From an uncultured Candidatus Saccharibacteria bacterium (GTDB taxonomy: Bacteria; Patescibacteriota; Minisyncoccia; Phycocordibacterales; EsbW-18), in NCBI GenBank assembly GCA_964447415.1, contig CAYUSN010000002.1, positions 34,512 through 98,511 of the forward strand: 64,000 nt of DNA. Reading direction: 5' to 3'. The translations under genes were made by a program, and so were the position numbers. Positions 39,817 through 49,067 of this stretch are shown here, in pieces (position 1 is the stretch's first letter; every line of letters begins with the position of its first letter). Under the pieces are notes generated by a model, which saw nothing but the letters and a program-made list of their open reading frames with translations, did no database searches and was not told the origin of the DNA.

Positions 39817-41562
39817 CTAGTCTGCGGCCAAGATATCAAGATATTCGGGCGTATTCTGGTACATCCAGTCAAAAAACTTGCGCATCACCGATGCGGAACC
39901 GATGAGGTTGGTGACGGGCCCCCTCTCCATCACCATCGCAAACGCATAATGCGGATTTTCATACGGCCAAAATCCCATAATCCACGAGTTAACTTTTTCC
40001 TTTGAAACACCAAGTTCCGCCGTACCGGTTTTTCCGGCAATATCAACGTAGTCGACATTAAGCGCTTTTGCCGTTCCCTCTTCAACTGAGCGTCGCATAC
40101 CCTCACGCACAACTTTGAAATCCTCCTCCGAAATAGCAACCGTTCCGACCGGCACAAGCGTTTCATCCGCGTACAGGTGCGGCACAATAGAGAGTCCGCC
40201 GTTTGCAATAAGTGACACTGCACGCGCCATTGAGAGCGGCGTCGCCTGAAAACCGTACTGGCCGATGGAGCTGTTATACGTATCACCGACCCGCCACGGG
40301 TCGTCGGGAAACACCTTCTGTTTCCATGCGATTGACGGGATGACGCCGTCAATCTCACCGGGAACATCAATGCCTGTTTTTTGTCCGATACCGAACATGC
40401 GTACGTATTTTTCAATATTCTGAATTCCGAGACCTTTCTGGTCACCGAATCCGCCGCCGATAGTCATGAAGTACACGTTCGATGACACCGCAATCGCCTG
40501 CCGCATATCAACCCATCCGTGCGCCTTCCAATCCTTAAACACGGTCGGCTTGTCCGGGTTGTACGGATTGGGAACACGGAGCGCGCCGTCGCTATAAAAT
40601 TCTTTTTCGGGCGTCACAATGCCCTCGGTAAGCGCGCCGAGCGCAAGGAACGGTTTAATGATTGAACCCGGTGTGTAGAGACCGCCGACGACGCGGTTAA
40701 GAAACGGAAGGTTCGGATCGTCCATGTATGCCCGTATACGCTCGGTGTCACTGCCGTCAGTCATTATGTTCGGGTTATATCCGGGAATACTCATAGACAC
40801 AAGCACCTCACCCGTACGAACATCCAAAATCACACCCGCTCCGCCGGCAAATCCGACGTCCTGCATGAGCGCATCGGCAAAATCATACAACGCCTTCTGC
40901 AGACGCGCATCGATCGTCAAAGAAAGCGTCTGGCCATCAACGGGAAAACCGACGGATGATTGCGACACGATGTTTCCGAGGGCGTCACGCTCAACAATCA
41001 TGCGCCCCTGCACACCACGCAACATTCCGTCATAGGTAAGTTCGAGCCCCTCAACACCCTCAATGGAGCTTTGAAAATAGTTTCCATTTTGATCTTTTTG
41101 AGGATACCGCACATACCCGAGCACATGGGAAAGCGACGGGTGTTCGTCGTACCGACGCAGCGGAAAGGGGTCTTCGGGCACTTCCTGGCTTGTGGTGGCG
41201 TTTCCCAGCGGTGACTCGTTCCACGCCAACTCTTCCCCGGTACGGTCAAGAATGCGGCCGCGTTGTGAAAATATAATCTGCTCGTCAAGCCGGTTGTTTT
41301 CCGCGTGCTGTGCGTACGCTTCCCCGCGAATCACCTGCAGATAAAAAACCCGACCTGCGGCGACAACAGCAAGCGCGCACAGCGAGACGCAAAACAAAAA
41401 AAGTGCGCGCCGGGAAATCGGTTTTTCTATTTTTCCCTCGAACTGGTCTTTGTCGAACCGAGGAATATTGTGCGCATCGAGAAAAATTTCATCCGGCGCA
41501 ATATCGTGCACGACAAGTTTGTTTTTACGAAAAAGATTCATAACGAATGCGGCTGCGGACAA
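39817..41562 (-). CDS. mrdA: Penicillin-binding protein 2 (elongasome transpeptidase MrdA)
   Basis: N-terminal TM, SIIKPF (SxxK) and KTGTAE motifs. Located directly downstream of mreBCD. Confidence 0.88.
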   Translation of the reverse strand: MSAAAFVMNLFRKNKLVVHDIAPDEIFLDAHNIPRFDKDQFEGKIEKPISRRALFLFCVSLCALAVVAAGRVFYLQVIRGEAYAQHAENNRLDEQIIFSQRGRILDRTGEELAWNESPLGNATTSQEVPEDPFPLRRYDEHPSLSHVLGYVRYPQKDQNGNYFQSSIEGVEGLELTYDGMLRGVQGRMIVERDALGNIVSQSSVGFPVDGQTLSLTIDARLQKALYDFADALMQDVGFAGGAGVILDVRTGEVLVSMSIPGYNPNIMTDGSDTERIRAYMDDPNLPFLNRVVGGLYTPGSIIKPFLALGALTEGIVTPEKEFYSDGALRVPNPYNPDKPTVFKDWKAHGWVDMRQAIAVSSNVYFMTIGGGFGDQKGLGIQNIEKYVRMFGIGQKTGIDVPGEIDGVIPSIAWKQKVFPDDPWRVGDTYNSSIGQYGFQATPLSMARAVSLIANGGLSIVPHLYADETLVPVGTVAISEEDFKVVREGMRRSVEEGTAKALNVDYVDIAGKTGTAELGVSKEKVNSWIMGFWPYENPHYAFAMVMERGPVTNLIGSASVMRKFFDWMYQNTPEYLDILAAD

Positions 41563-41785
41563 AGGTCATGACACTAATCAACACAAGAGCGCACAGTGTG
41601 GCAAACCCCGGAATGCCGAGTATGTTGTGTGTGCCATATAGCACATCAATAATAACGCCGGCGACAAGTGCTTCCAGAAAGAACGGAAACCGGAGCGCAC
41701 CGTACAACGACACGGCGGCAGGAACCCACCACGGGAGCACAAACGCACTGACGATGACTATAATCGCTATACTGATGCGCTGCAT
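41525..41785 (-). CDS. mreD: Rod shape-determining protein MreD-like (small polytopic membrane protein)
   Basis: 86 aa hydrophobic protein between mreC and mrdA; position conserved. Confidence 0.5.
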   Translation of the reverse strand: MQRISIAIIVIVSAFVLPWWVPAAVSLYGALRFPFFLEALVAGVIIDVLYGTHNILGIPGFATLCALVLISVMTFVRSRIRYESFS

Positions 41786-41800
41786 GAGCTCTGTTTGATA

Positions 41801-42580
41801 TTATTGCGAAACAATCGAGACATTCCGTACCTCAAAAAGATTAAACGGGACAACGGCATAGACGAGCGCAAACGCGTCCGCTTCGTTTTCAACGACCGTG
41901 TCCACACGCGCAAACAACATACCGTCGGGCAGAAACACGCTTTCTCCGCGCCTTACGGCTTCTTCTTTCAATACAAGCATCTGCACGGTGCCGCCGCCGA
42001 CGCCGCGTGCCACTACAAGAAAGTCCCGTGTGCCGACACGAACCGACTGCTCCGTGCCCGGGGAGGAAAATAACCGTGCACGAGATGTGTTGCCGTTTAC
42101 CGTATCAATGACACCGAGCGCAATAATGTCGTCGTACGTTACAAGATCCTCCGGTGCGACACCGTCGCTCTCTCCCGCATCAAGTACAAGCGTGTCATAC
42201 GGAGAAAACGGAGGTGATGCAAGCACGCGAGCCGTTGTCTGAGGCGATGATGTTGCGTCCGTGCGCGATGCAAGCATTTCTGCACGCAGCTCATCAAACA
42301 AGCCGGCTTTAAGGTTTGCTTTTCTGAGCTCTTCGGCTAACCGCGCGTTCTCCGCAAGTAATTCCTCTTTTGTCTGCGTTTTTTGAAACACACCGGCGAC
42401 GCTCCCCGTCACATCTTGCCGAACCAGGTGCAGCGGCCGGGCAACCGCCAAAAATGCCTTCGTGATAAACACCGGCTGAATCATCGCAAGCACCACCAAA
42501 GCGCCGGCAGCGACAATACCAAGTATCCCCGGCAACCCGGGACCGCGCCGTCTGTATTTATAGTTGTGGTGGAAGCGCAT
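41801..42580 (-). CDS. mreC: Rod shape-determining protein MreC
   Basis: N-terminal TM, a coiled coil (LLAENARLAEELRKANLKAGLFDELRAE), then beta-rich domains. Confidence 0.8.
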   Translation of the reverse strand: MRFHHNYKYRRRGPGLPGILGIVAAGALVVLAMIQPVFITKAFLAVARPLHLVRQDVTGSVAGVFQKTQTKEELLAENARLAEELRKANLKAGLFDELRAEMLASRTDATSSPQTTARVLASPPFSPYDTLVLDAGESDGVAPEDLVTYDDIIALGVIDTVNGNTSRARLFSSPGTEQSVRVGTRDFLVVARGVGGGTVQMLVLKEEAVRRGESVFLPDGMLFARVDTVVENEADAFALVYAVVPFNLFEVRNVSIVSQ

Positions 42581-43622
42581 GTTCTTCGTCGATAATTACC
42601 TCGGCAAACCGTTCCAAATCCTCCAATACGATACCGGTGCCGCGCGCAACCGACGTCAGCGGATCATCCGCAATGTATACCGGAATTTTCAACCACTCGG
42701 CCAAGAATACGTCGAATCCGCGAATGAGCGCGCCGCCGCCGACGAGGTACACGCCGCGTCGCATAACGTCTGAAAGTATCTCCGGAGGTGTTGTTTCAAG
42801 TACTTCCTTAATTGCTTCAACAAGCGCGTCAATTGACGGCGCAATCGCTTCACGCACGTCCGCATCAGTCACAATGACCTCGCGCGGAAGACCGGTCACC
42901 AGGTCACGTCCGCGGACGGCAACCTCAATAGGTGAGGGTCCCGGAATAATTGAACCCGCCTGAATTTTAAGGTCTTCAGCAGTCCGTTCGCCGATGAGAA
43001 TCTTAAATTCGTCCCGGATGTACGACACAATGTCATTATTGAGGCGATTTCCGGCAATTTTGATGTTTTTACCGTTAACGATTCCGTTAAGCGACATAAC
43101 GGTAATGTCGGTTGTTCCCCCGCCGATATCAACAACCATACTACCTGAGGCGTCATCAATTGGAAGCCGGATGCCGATAGCTGCCGCGGTCGGCTGCTCC
43201 ACTACATGCACCTCGCGCGCGCCTGCATTGAGCGCCGCATCACGTACCGCGCGCCGTTCAACGTTCGTCGTACCGAACGGCACACCGATAACGACGCGTG
43301 GTCCGAACAGTTTTTTCTTTCCTTCCTGTACACGGCGGATAAGATGCGCAAGAAATTCTTCAGCAACTTCAAAATCAGAAATCACACCGTCAACAAGCGG
43401 ACGCACCGCAACGATGTGTTCGGGTGTTCTGCCGAGCATTCGTTTTGCTTCCGCACCGGTGGCAACCACCTGTCCGGTTTTCTGATTGACCGCAACAACA
43501 GTCGGCTCGTTAATGACAATACCCCTGCCACGAACATACACGAGCGTGTTGGCCGTGCCCAAGTCAATGCCGATATCATCGCTCATGAGACCGTGCAGTC
43601 TCTGTTTTAGTTTTTCCCACAT
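42558..43622 (-). CDS. mreB: Rod shape-determining actin homologue MreB
   Basis: MSDDIGIDLGTANTLVYVRGRGIVINEPTVVAV and DIGGGTTDI are actin-fold phosphate motifs. Start chosen at the MWEKLKQRLHGLMSDD methionine. Confidence 0.95.
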   Translation of the reverse strand: MWEKLKQRLHGLMSDDIGIDLGTANTLVYVRGRGIVINEPTVVAVNQKTGQVVATGAEAKRMLGRTPEHIVAVRPLVDGVISDFEVAEEFLAHLIRRVQEGKKKLFGPRVVIGVPFGTTNVERRAVRDAALNAGAREVHVVEQPTAAAIGIRLPIDDASGSMVVDIGGGTTDITVMSLNGIVNGKNIKIAGNRLNNDIVSYIRDEFKILIGERTAEDLKIQAGSIIPGPSPIEVAVRGRDLVTGLPREVIVTDADVREAIAPSIDALVEAIKEVLETTPPEILSDVMRRGVYLVGGGALIRGFDVFLAEWLKIPVYIADDPLTSVARGTGIVLEDLERFAEVIIDEEHALPPQL

Positions 43623-43694
43623 GACTCTATGCACGTAGTATATACGTGTGTGAGCGCGCGACAAAACCGCGCATCGCCGCGACTTACGGAACGG

Positions 43695-44954
43695 TTATGC
43701 GTCAAGAGCGCCCTTCAATTCGGAAACGGGAATAACCTCTGCGGTGTCGCTGTCACGTCGTTTGACCTCGACGGTCATACCTTCCAAATGTTTTTCTGAA
43801 ATAACCACGCGTGTCGGAATACCGATAAGGTCCGAATCGGCGAACTTTTCCCCCGCCGAAACCGGCCGGTCATCGTACAGTACCTCATAACCTTTGCGCT
43901 CAAGTTCTGTAAGTATTTTTTCGGCATAGGCACGCACACCCTCACCGTCTTTGCCTTCAAGCGCAACGAGGTGCACGTCAAACGGCGCAACCTCTTTCGG
44001 CCAAACCATTCCCTTTTCATCAGCGAATACTTCAACAATCGTTCCCATAACGCGCGTCAACCCGATGCCGTACGATCCAAGATACACCGGTTCGTTTTTT
44101 CCTTCTTTTGTCTTGAACATCAACCCGAGTTGTTTGCATTTTTCAGTTCCGAACGTAAAGATGTTTCCCACTTCCGCCGCTTTCTTTGACTCGAAATCTG
44201 ACTCCCTTGCCCCCAGTTTCTCGAGGGTTTCTGTGTTGAAAACTTCTTCGTTGACGGCGTAATTCTCTGTTTTGTGGACGTAAATAATATCTTCTCCGGC
44301 ATCGCACACGACCTGAAACTCATGACTGAATTTGTCCGTAAAAAGGCCTCCGGACGCTGATGTAAGATAGGTAATACCGTCGAACCCACACCGTCTGAAT
44401 ACATTCATGTACGCCTCTTTCGACTTCTCGTAGAACGCCATGTGGTCTTCTTCCGACACCGAATATGAATACATATCCTTCATTACAAACTCGCGTCCGC
44501 GGAGTATCCCGCTTTTCGCCCGTGTCTCATTCCGCAGTTTGGTTTGGAACTGATGCACGTACTGAGGCAAGTCGTTGTAGCTGGCGATGTGCGGAACCAT
44601 CATGTTCGTGATGGGTTCTTCGTGCGACCATCCAAAACCAACCTCGTTCCCTGATTTTAGTTTTGACTTGAACCATATGTCGACTTTTGCGTCGTCCCAG
44701 CGGTCAGTCTTTTCCCACACGGCCTTTTCCTGCATCGTCGACATGATGATTTCCTGTGAGCCGAGCTGCTCCATTTCTTCGGAGATAATCCGACGAATCC
44801 TATTGAGAACACGTAACCCGAGCGGTAGAAGATCATAGACACCCGCCATCTCCTTGTGGATGAACCCGGCGCGCGTCAAAAGAATGGCATTCTTTGCCAC
44901 TTCGTCCGACGGTGCTTCCCTGCGCGTTTTTGTAAACAACTGTGATTGTCGCAT
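43695..44954 (-). CDS. proS: Prolyl-tRNA synthetase, short bacterial form lacking the INS editing domain
   Basis: MRQSQLFTKTRREAPSDEVAKNAILLTRAGFIHKEMAGVYDLLPLGLRVL aligns with the E. coli ProS N-terminus. HEFQV, SYGIGLTRV, WP..APFDV and LIGIP are conserved. 419 aa versus about 570 aa. Confidence 0.9.
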   Translation of the reverse strand: MRQSQLFTKTRREAPSDEVAKNAILLTRAGFIHKEMAGVYDLLPLGLRVLNRIRRIISEEMEQLGSQEIIMSTMQEKAVWEKTDRWDDAKVDIWFKSKLKSGNEVGFGWSHEEPITNMMVPHIASYNDLPQYVHQFQTKLRNETRAKSGILRGREFVMKDMYSYSVSEEDHMAFYEKSKEAYMNVFRRCGFDGITYLTSASGGLFTDKFSHEFQVVCDAGEDIIYVHKTENYAVNEEVFNTETLEKLGARESDFESKKAAEVGNIFTFGTEKCKQLGLMFKTKEGKNEPVYLGSYGIGLTRVMGTIVEVFADEKGMVWPKEVAPFDVHLVALEGKDGEGVRAYAEKILTELERKGYEVLYDDRPVSAGEKFADSDLIGIPTRVVISEKHLEGMTVEVKRRDSDTAEVIPVSELKGALDA

Positions 44955-45039
44955 ATGAAAACATTGTACGTTCCGCTGTGCGTTTCAACAAGGTGTGGTA
45001 TGGTGGGAACGGAACGCATATTCAACCACGGAGGTGCAC

Positions 45040-45273
45040 ATGTTCGTCAAAGCATTGAAGGCGGTGGGTGACGCGATTGACGCGCTCCTGAACATCCCCG
45101 AGCCGGAACGGACGGAGAAGGTCCGCCGCATGATGGACAACCTGCAGGAAGTGCACGGAGAACTTTCCGCGCATCTTTCCCGCGGCATCCAGGGCGAGGT
45201 CTTTCCGGACAAACAGCTTCCCCTCCAGGAGGAACTGCCCGGGCTCGAGCCCGTCAACTACCAGCTCGCCTAG
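45040..45273 (+). CDS. Small acidic hypothetical protein (77 aa), high-GC gene with SD and terminator
   Basis: GGAGGTG SD 4 nt before the ATG. GC3 is near-saturated (ttc gtc ... gcg gtg ggt gac gcg att gac gcg ctc ctg aac atc ccc gag ccg). Followed by hairpin GACGTGC-TGGGC-GCACGTC plus a T-run (45273-45300). Confidence 0.4.
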   Translation: MFVKALKAVGDAIDALLNIPEPERTEKVRRMMDNLQEVHGELSAHLSRGIQGEVFPDKQLPLQEELPGLEPVNYQLA

Positions 45274-45339
45274 ACGTGCTGGGCGCACGTCCCCGTTTTG
45301 CAGCCGCGGCGCCACCGAGCGCGTCGCGGCTCTTTCTAT

Positions 45340-46446
45340 TTAAAACAACCTTACGATATCGTGCACCGTCACCACGACCATAAGTAAAATAAGCAGTGCA
45401 AAACCGATGAAATTGAGCGTGTTGGCAACCGCCGGCCGTATCGGCGAGCGTTTGATTGCCTCAATACACAAAAAAAGTATGCGCCCGCCGTCGAGTGCCG
45501 GAAACGGAAACAAGTTAATGACCGCAAGATTGAGCGAGAGCATCGCCATAAACGACAACAGCGCTGAAAGTCCCAAACGAGCCGCGTCCCCGGTGAGCCC
45601 CGCAATGCCGACGGGTCCCGCAACCTGCGAGAAGTCCGCGCGCCCCGTAATCGCCTGAGTAAGAAATTCCCACAATCCCACCGCCACTGCCTTAAGTGCG
45701 TAGACAGTTGTTTGTGCGCCGTCGATAATCGCGCGGTATACCGGCAGACGAACTACTGCAACAGTGTCCAGCACCACACCGATGGTTGCGCGCGCCTCCC
45801 CGTCCACAAGTCCTGAAACAGGCGTTACTGAAAGTATTTCCGTCGTTTCGTCCCGTGTTACCGTCAGTGTCAGTTCCTGGTTTTCGTGGGCGGCAATAAA
45901 GTCGCGCACCGACTCTATTGAAACGTCGTCGGGGCGCACCCCTGTTGCGTCGGTGATGTCTTGTATCGCATCCCCCGGAACAAACCCCGCCTCATGTGCG
46001 GGGGTATTTTTCTCCACAAAAACCAAAACAGTTGCCGGCGTTCCGACGACACCTTCCGTGTTTTCATCAACCGACATCGGCAATCCGACGGCAAGTCCGA
46101 TTGAAATAAGTCCCCAGGCAAGAAGAATATTAAAAAACACGCCCGCAAACAGCACCCACGCACGTTGCCACCGCGGCTGTGCATCAAGCGTTTCACTAAA
46201 CTCCTCAGGGGACAGCGCTTCGGTGTCTTCGTCTTCTTTAAAGAGTTTAACGAACCCGCCGAACGGTATCCAGTTTATAGAATAGGTTGTGGCGCTCCCT
46301 TTCGGCTTCCACGCGTAGAGGCGCGGGGGAAATCCGATGCCAAATTCGTTGACACGGACTCCCACCGAACGAGCCGCCAAAAAATGCCCGAGTTCATGCG
46401 CGAATACCAGCACCGCCAGAACGACAATAAAAAGTACGACGGTCAT
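45340..46446 (-). CDS. rseP: Regulated intramembrane proteolysis site-2 protease RseP
   Basis: VFAHELGHFLAARSVGV (HExxH within TM1), a PDZ region, and a C-terminal LDGG motif (FPFPALDGGRILF). Confidence 0.9.
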   Translation of the reverse strand: MTVVLFIVVLAVLVFAHELGHFLAARSVGVRVNEFGIGFPPRLYAWKPKGSATTYSINWIPFGGFVKLFKEDEDTEALSPEEFSETLDAQPRWQRAWVLFAGVFFNILLAWGLISIGLAVGLPMSVDENTEGVVGTPATVLVFVEKNTPAHEAGFVPGDAIQDITDATGVRPDDVSIESVRDFIAAHENQELTLTVTRDETTEILSVTPVSGLVDGEARATIGVVLDTVAVVRLPVYRAIIDGAQTTVYALKAVAVGLWEFLTQAITGRADFSQVAGPVGIAGLTGDAARLGLSALLSFMAMLSLNLAVINLFPFPALDGGRILFLCIEAIKRSPIRPAVANTLNFIGFALLILLMVVVTVHDIVRLF

Positions 46447-46448
46447 GG

Positions 46449-47000
46449 TTATCCGAGAATTTCTTTCTCCTTTTTCTCAGCAAGCACATCAAGCGCGTCG
46501 TTTGCTTCTTTGATGAGCTTTTCCATCTCCTCTTTTGAGCGGAACTTGTCGTCCTCGCTCATGGCGCCGTCTTTTTCCTGTTTCTGGATGTCGCTCCACA
46601 CTTCTTCACGGACGCCGCGGACTGAAATGCGCGCCTCTTCAAGTTTTTTACCCACAACCTTTACGTACTTCTCCCTGCTTTCCGTCGTCATCTCCGGAAA
46701 TGACACACGGATGCCTTTGCCGTCTGAGCCCACCGAGACGCCGAGATTTGCGTCTTGAATCGCTTTTTCAATTGCAGAAGAAACCCCCTGATCCCACGGT
46801 GAAATACGGACGGTTCTCGCGTCCTCAACGCCGATATTGGCAAGCTGGTTAATGGGCATCATGCTCCCGTATGCGGGCACGCGGATACCGTCAAGAAGCG
46901 CCGCGCTCGCGCGTCCCGTGTGAATCGCCGATAACTCTTTGGAAAGCCACTCGGAAATCTCCTTTGTTTTCAGTTTCAGGTCGTTAAAATTGTACGCCAT
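46449..47000 (-). CDS. frr: Ribosome recycling factor
   Basis: 183 aa. LSAIHTGRASAALLDGIRVPAYGSMMPINQLANI matches the RRF signature. Confidence 0.95.
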   Translation of the reverse strand: MAYNFNDLKLKTKEISEWLSKELSAIHTGRASAALLDGIRVPAYGSMMPINQLANIGVEDARTVRISPWDQGVSSAIEKAIQDANLGVSVGSDGKGIRVSFPEMTTESREKYVKVVGKKLEEARISVRGVREEVWSDIQKQEKDGAMSEDDKFRSKEEMEKLIKEANDALDVLAEKKEKEILG

Positions 47001-47007
47001 ATGTGAA

Positions 47008-47298
47008 TTATACCACGGCTTTTTCCTTTTTTAGGAGGGCTGTCTTCCGCGCACTTCCATACGCGTACCCTCCGACGGTTCCGTCGCTTTTGATAACGCG
47101 ATGACATGGTACGCGCGGATCACGGTTTTTGTTCATAATGGATCCGACGGCGCGAAACGCCTTCGGACGGCCTGCGCGTCTCGCAACTTCCTTGTAGCTC
47201 AACGTCTTTCCTTTAGGGATTGCCGCAACAACCGCGTACACACGCTGGGCAAACGGTGTGCGCACTCCGTTAAAAAAGTGTTTCTTTTGCACCTTCAT
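47008..47298 (-). CDS. ogt: Methylated-DNA--protein-cysteine methyltransferase, DNA-binding/active-site domain only (Ogt-like)
   Basis: VYAVVAAIPKGKTLSYKEVARRAGRPKAFRAVGSIMNKNRDPRVPCHRVIKSDGTVGGY contains the PCHRV active-site motif. About 97 aa if started at MKVQKK; the track ORF overlaps the upstream gene. Confidence 0.65.
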   Translation of the reverse strand: MKVQKKHFFNGVRTPFAQRVYAVVAAIPKGKTLSYKEVARRAGRPKAFRAVGSIMNKNRDPRVPCHRVIKSDGTVGGYAYGSARKTALLKKEKAVV

Positions 47299-48088
47299 CT
47301 TTCTTGCTCTTACTTTTTGCGTCCGTGATGTGAGTCCTGAACGCTTTTCCGGCTGATTCCCTGTAGGTACAGAAATCACACGGCCCGCCGTTAAACGCCG
47401 TACCAATCGGCGGTATCTGGTCGCTGACAAGTATTTCTTTCATGCGGTATAAAGCAGGTTCTACCCACGAATCATTTCCTTCGTACGGAATCAGTTCAAC
47501 TTCAAATTCAAGTTTTTTATCAAAAGCAGTGACATCGGTCTTTCCGTTTACATAGACAAAATACGCGGTCGAGGACACAGTAAAGTTGTTTCTACGAAAC
47601 AGCCATTGATATATTTCAACCTGCTTCTTGTATGAAGGATAGAGATCATCTTTTGTTTTCGGACCCTCTTTCTTTGATGTCGCTTTATAGTCAACGATTA
47701 TGAGCTCCCCATCCGGCTTTTTCCACACATCATCTATGCCCCCGCGAATAATAAGGTTTGTTTCTTGATGATGTGTCTGTATGCCGCGACGCAGTGCATC
47801 CCGCCACTCTTCAAGTCGCGCATCGTCAAACGGAACGGCATCAAGTCCGTATGCTTCAAGAAGCGGGTGCTTGCTCTGAGCCGCGCGATGAATGTCAAAC
47901 TCCCTTTTCAAAAGCTCGTCTACGGCATTATTGAGCGTAAATGAGGGACCTTGTACGCGCTTCACTCCGAGACGTGCGTCAAGATAAAAACACCGCGGAC
48001 ATTCCGTAAAAAGCTCAATTTTTGAACGAGAAAACGTAAACGGCTCTTGTGATTCCGGATCGAAAAGTTTTTGTCGATACCCTGCCAT
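47270..48088 (-). CDS. Cas4/RecB-like PD-(D/E)XK nuclease with putative Fe-S cysteines; no CRISPR-Cas genes nearby
   Basis: GGIDDVW (motif II), IIVDYKAT (motif III, D-x-K), QVEIYQWL (QxxxY). Cysteines CPRC at the N-terminus and CDFC at the C-terminus are arranged like the Cas4/AddB 4Fe-4S ligands. Confidence 0.65.
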   Translation of the reverse strand: MAGYRQKLFDPESQEPFTFSRSKIELFTECPRCFYLDARLGVKRVQGPSFTLNNAVDELLKREFDIHRAAQSKHPLLEAYGLDAVPFDDARLEEWRDALRRGIQTHHQETNLIIRGGIDDVWKKPDGELIIVDYKATSKKEGPKTKDDLYPSYKKQVEIYQWLFRRNNFTVSSTAYFVYVNGKTDVTAFDKKLEFEVELIPYEGNDSWVEPALYRMKEILVSDQIPPIGTAFNGGPCDFCTYRESAGKAFRTHITDAKSKSKKDEGAKETLF

Positions 48089-48163
48089 AAAAAGAAGTGT
48101 ACCATAAAAAAACAGCCCCCCGCCGCGGAAAACCGCGTCGGGGGTACGAACATCTGAGAGAGG

Positions 48164-48517
48164 TCACCGTTGCCAGCGTGGAGTGCGCGGCGTTTGGTCG
48201 CGCAGTCGCACCGTCTGGATGGCAGCACGGCGATGTGCGCGCTCACGGTCGATCGGCATGCATCGGGGCGACAAACGAAATTTGTCGGCCCAGTCCGACG
48301 TCGTGAACGGACCCTTCTCATCGTAGGGCGCCGGGTCGAGGATGAGCTCGCCGCTTGCGACGAGCTGCCCGAGCACCTCGCGTACGAGAAACCGATTCTC
48401 GAACTTGAAATGGTCGGTGATGACACGCCGTGTCAGCACCATCTCGTGGTTCGAGAACATGCTAAGCACGACGTAGCGAAACCGCTTCTCCTTTTCCTTC
48501 TTTGATGTGTTTGCCAC
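48164..48517 (-). CDS. Hypothetical protein, high-GC gene (possible wHTH); start uncertain
   Basis: GC3 near-saturated from MFSNHEMVLTRRVITDHF onward. Possible GTG start with AGGAGG 5 nt upstream at about 48517; the track start is at 48550. No confident domain. Confidence 0.4.
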   Translation of the reverse strand: MANTSKKEKEKRFRYVVLSMFSNHEMVLTRRVITDHFKFENRFLVREVLGQLVASGELILDPAPYDEKGPFTTSDWADKFRLSPRCMPIDRERAHRRAAIQTVRLRDQTPRTPRWQR

Positions 48518-48584
48518 ACAAACCTCCTTCCTCAGTTTTCCTGGGTACAATATAACAGAAACTGCAAAAAAATCAAGTTCTGTG

Positions 48585-49055
48585 TTAGTAGTCCCCGTCT
48601 ATCTTTTCATCCACACCGAGCACGCGGTGCTCTAAAGACCAAAAAACAGTGAAAATCAGAAGAGTGAGAATGGCGGTTGCGGTTGCAAGCGCATACAACT
48701 CGAGCGCTACCGCAACACCGATACCTGCCGACACCCACAGTCCTGCGGCGGTCGTCAGCCCCGTGAGCGTGTCTCCGCGCATGATAATAGCGCCGGCTCC
48801 CAAAAATCCGATACCGGTAACCACACCCGCAACAACACGCATCACATCCGCTCCGGTTACACCGAGGGTATCAGGCAACACCGCCGTTGCCACAAGCACA
48901 AACAAACATGCGCCGAGCGATACGAGTCCGTACGTGCGCAGCCCCGCATTCTTCCCCGCCCGCGAGCGTTCCGCGCCGACTAAGACACCGAGGAGTGTTG
49001 CGATAAGCAACTGCATGATGTACGTCTCGCGCGCCAACGACAGTAGTGTATCCAT
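48585..49055 (-). CDS. mgtC: MgtC/SapB family membrane protein
   Basis: LLGVLVGAERSRAGKNAGLRTYGLVSLGACLFV matches the MgtC N-terminal domain consensus. Confidence 0.8.
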   Translation of the reverse strand: MDTLLSLARETYIMQLLIATLLGVLVGAERSRAGKNAGLRTYGLVSLGACLFVLVATAVLPDTLGVTGADVMRVVAGVVTGIGFLGAGAIIMRGDTLTGLTTAAGLWVSAGIGVAVALELYALATATAILTLLIFTVFWSLEHRVLGVDEKIDGDY

Positions 49056-49067
49056 ACAAAAAGTAAA

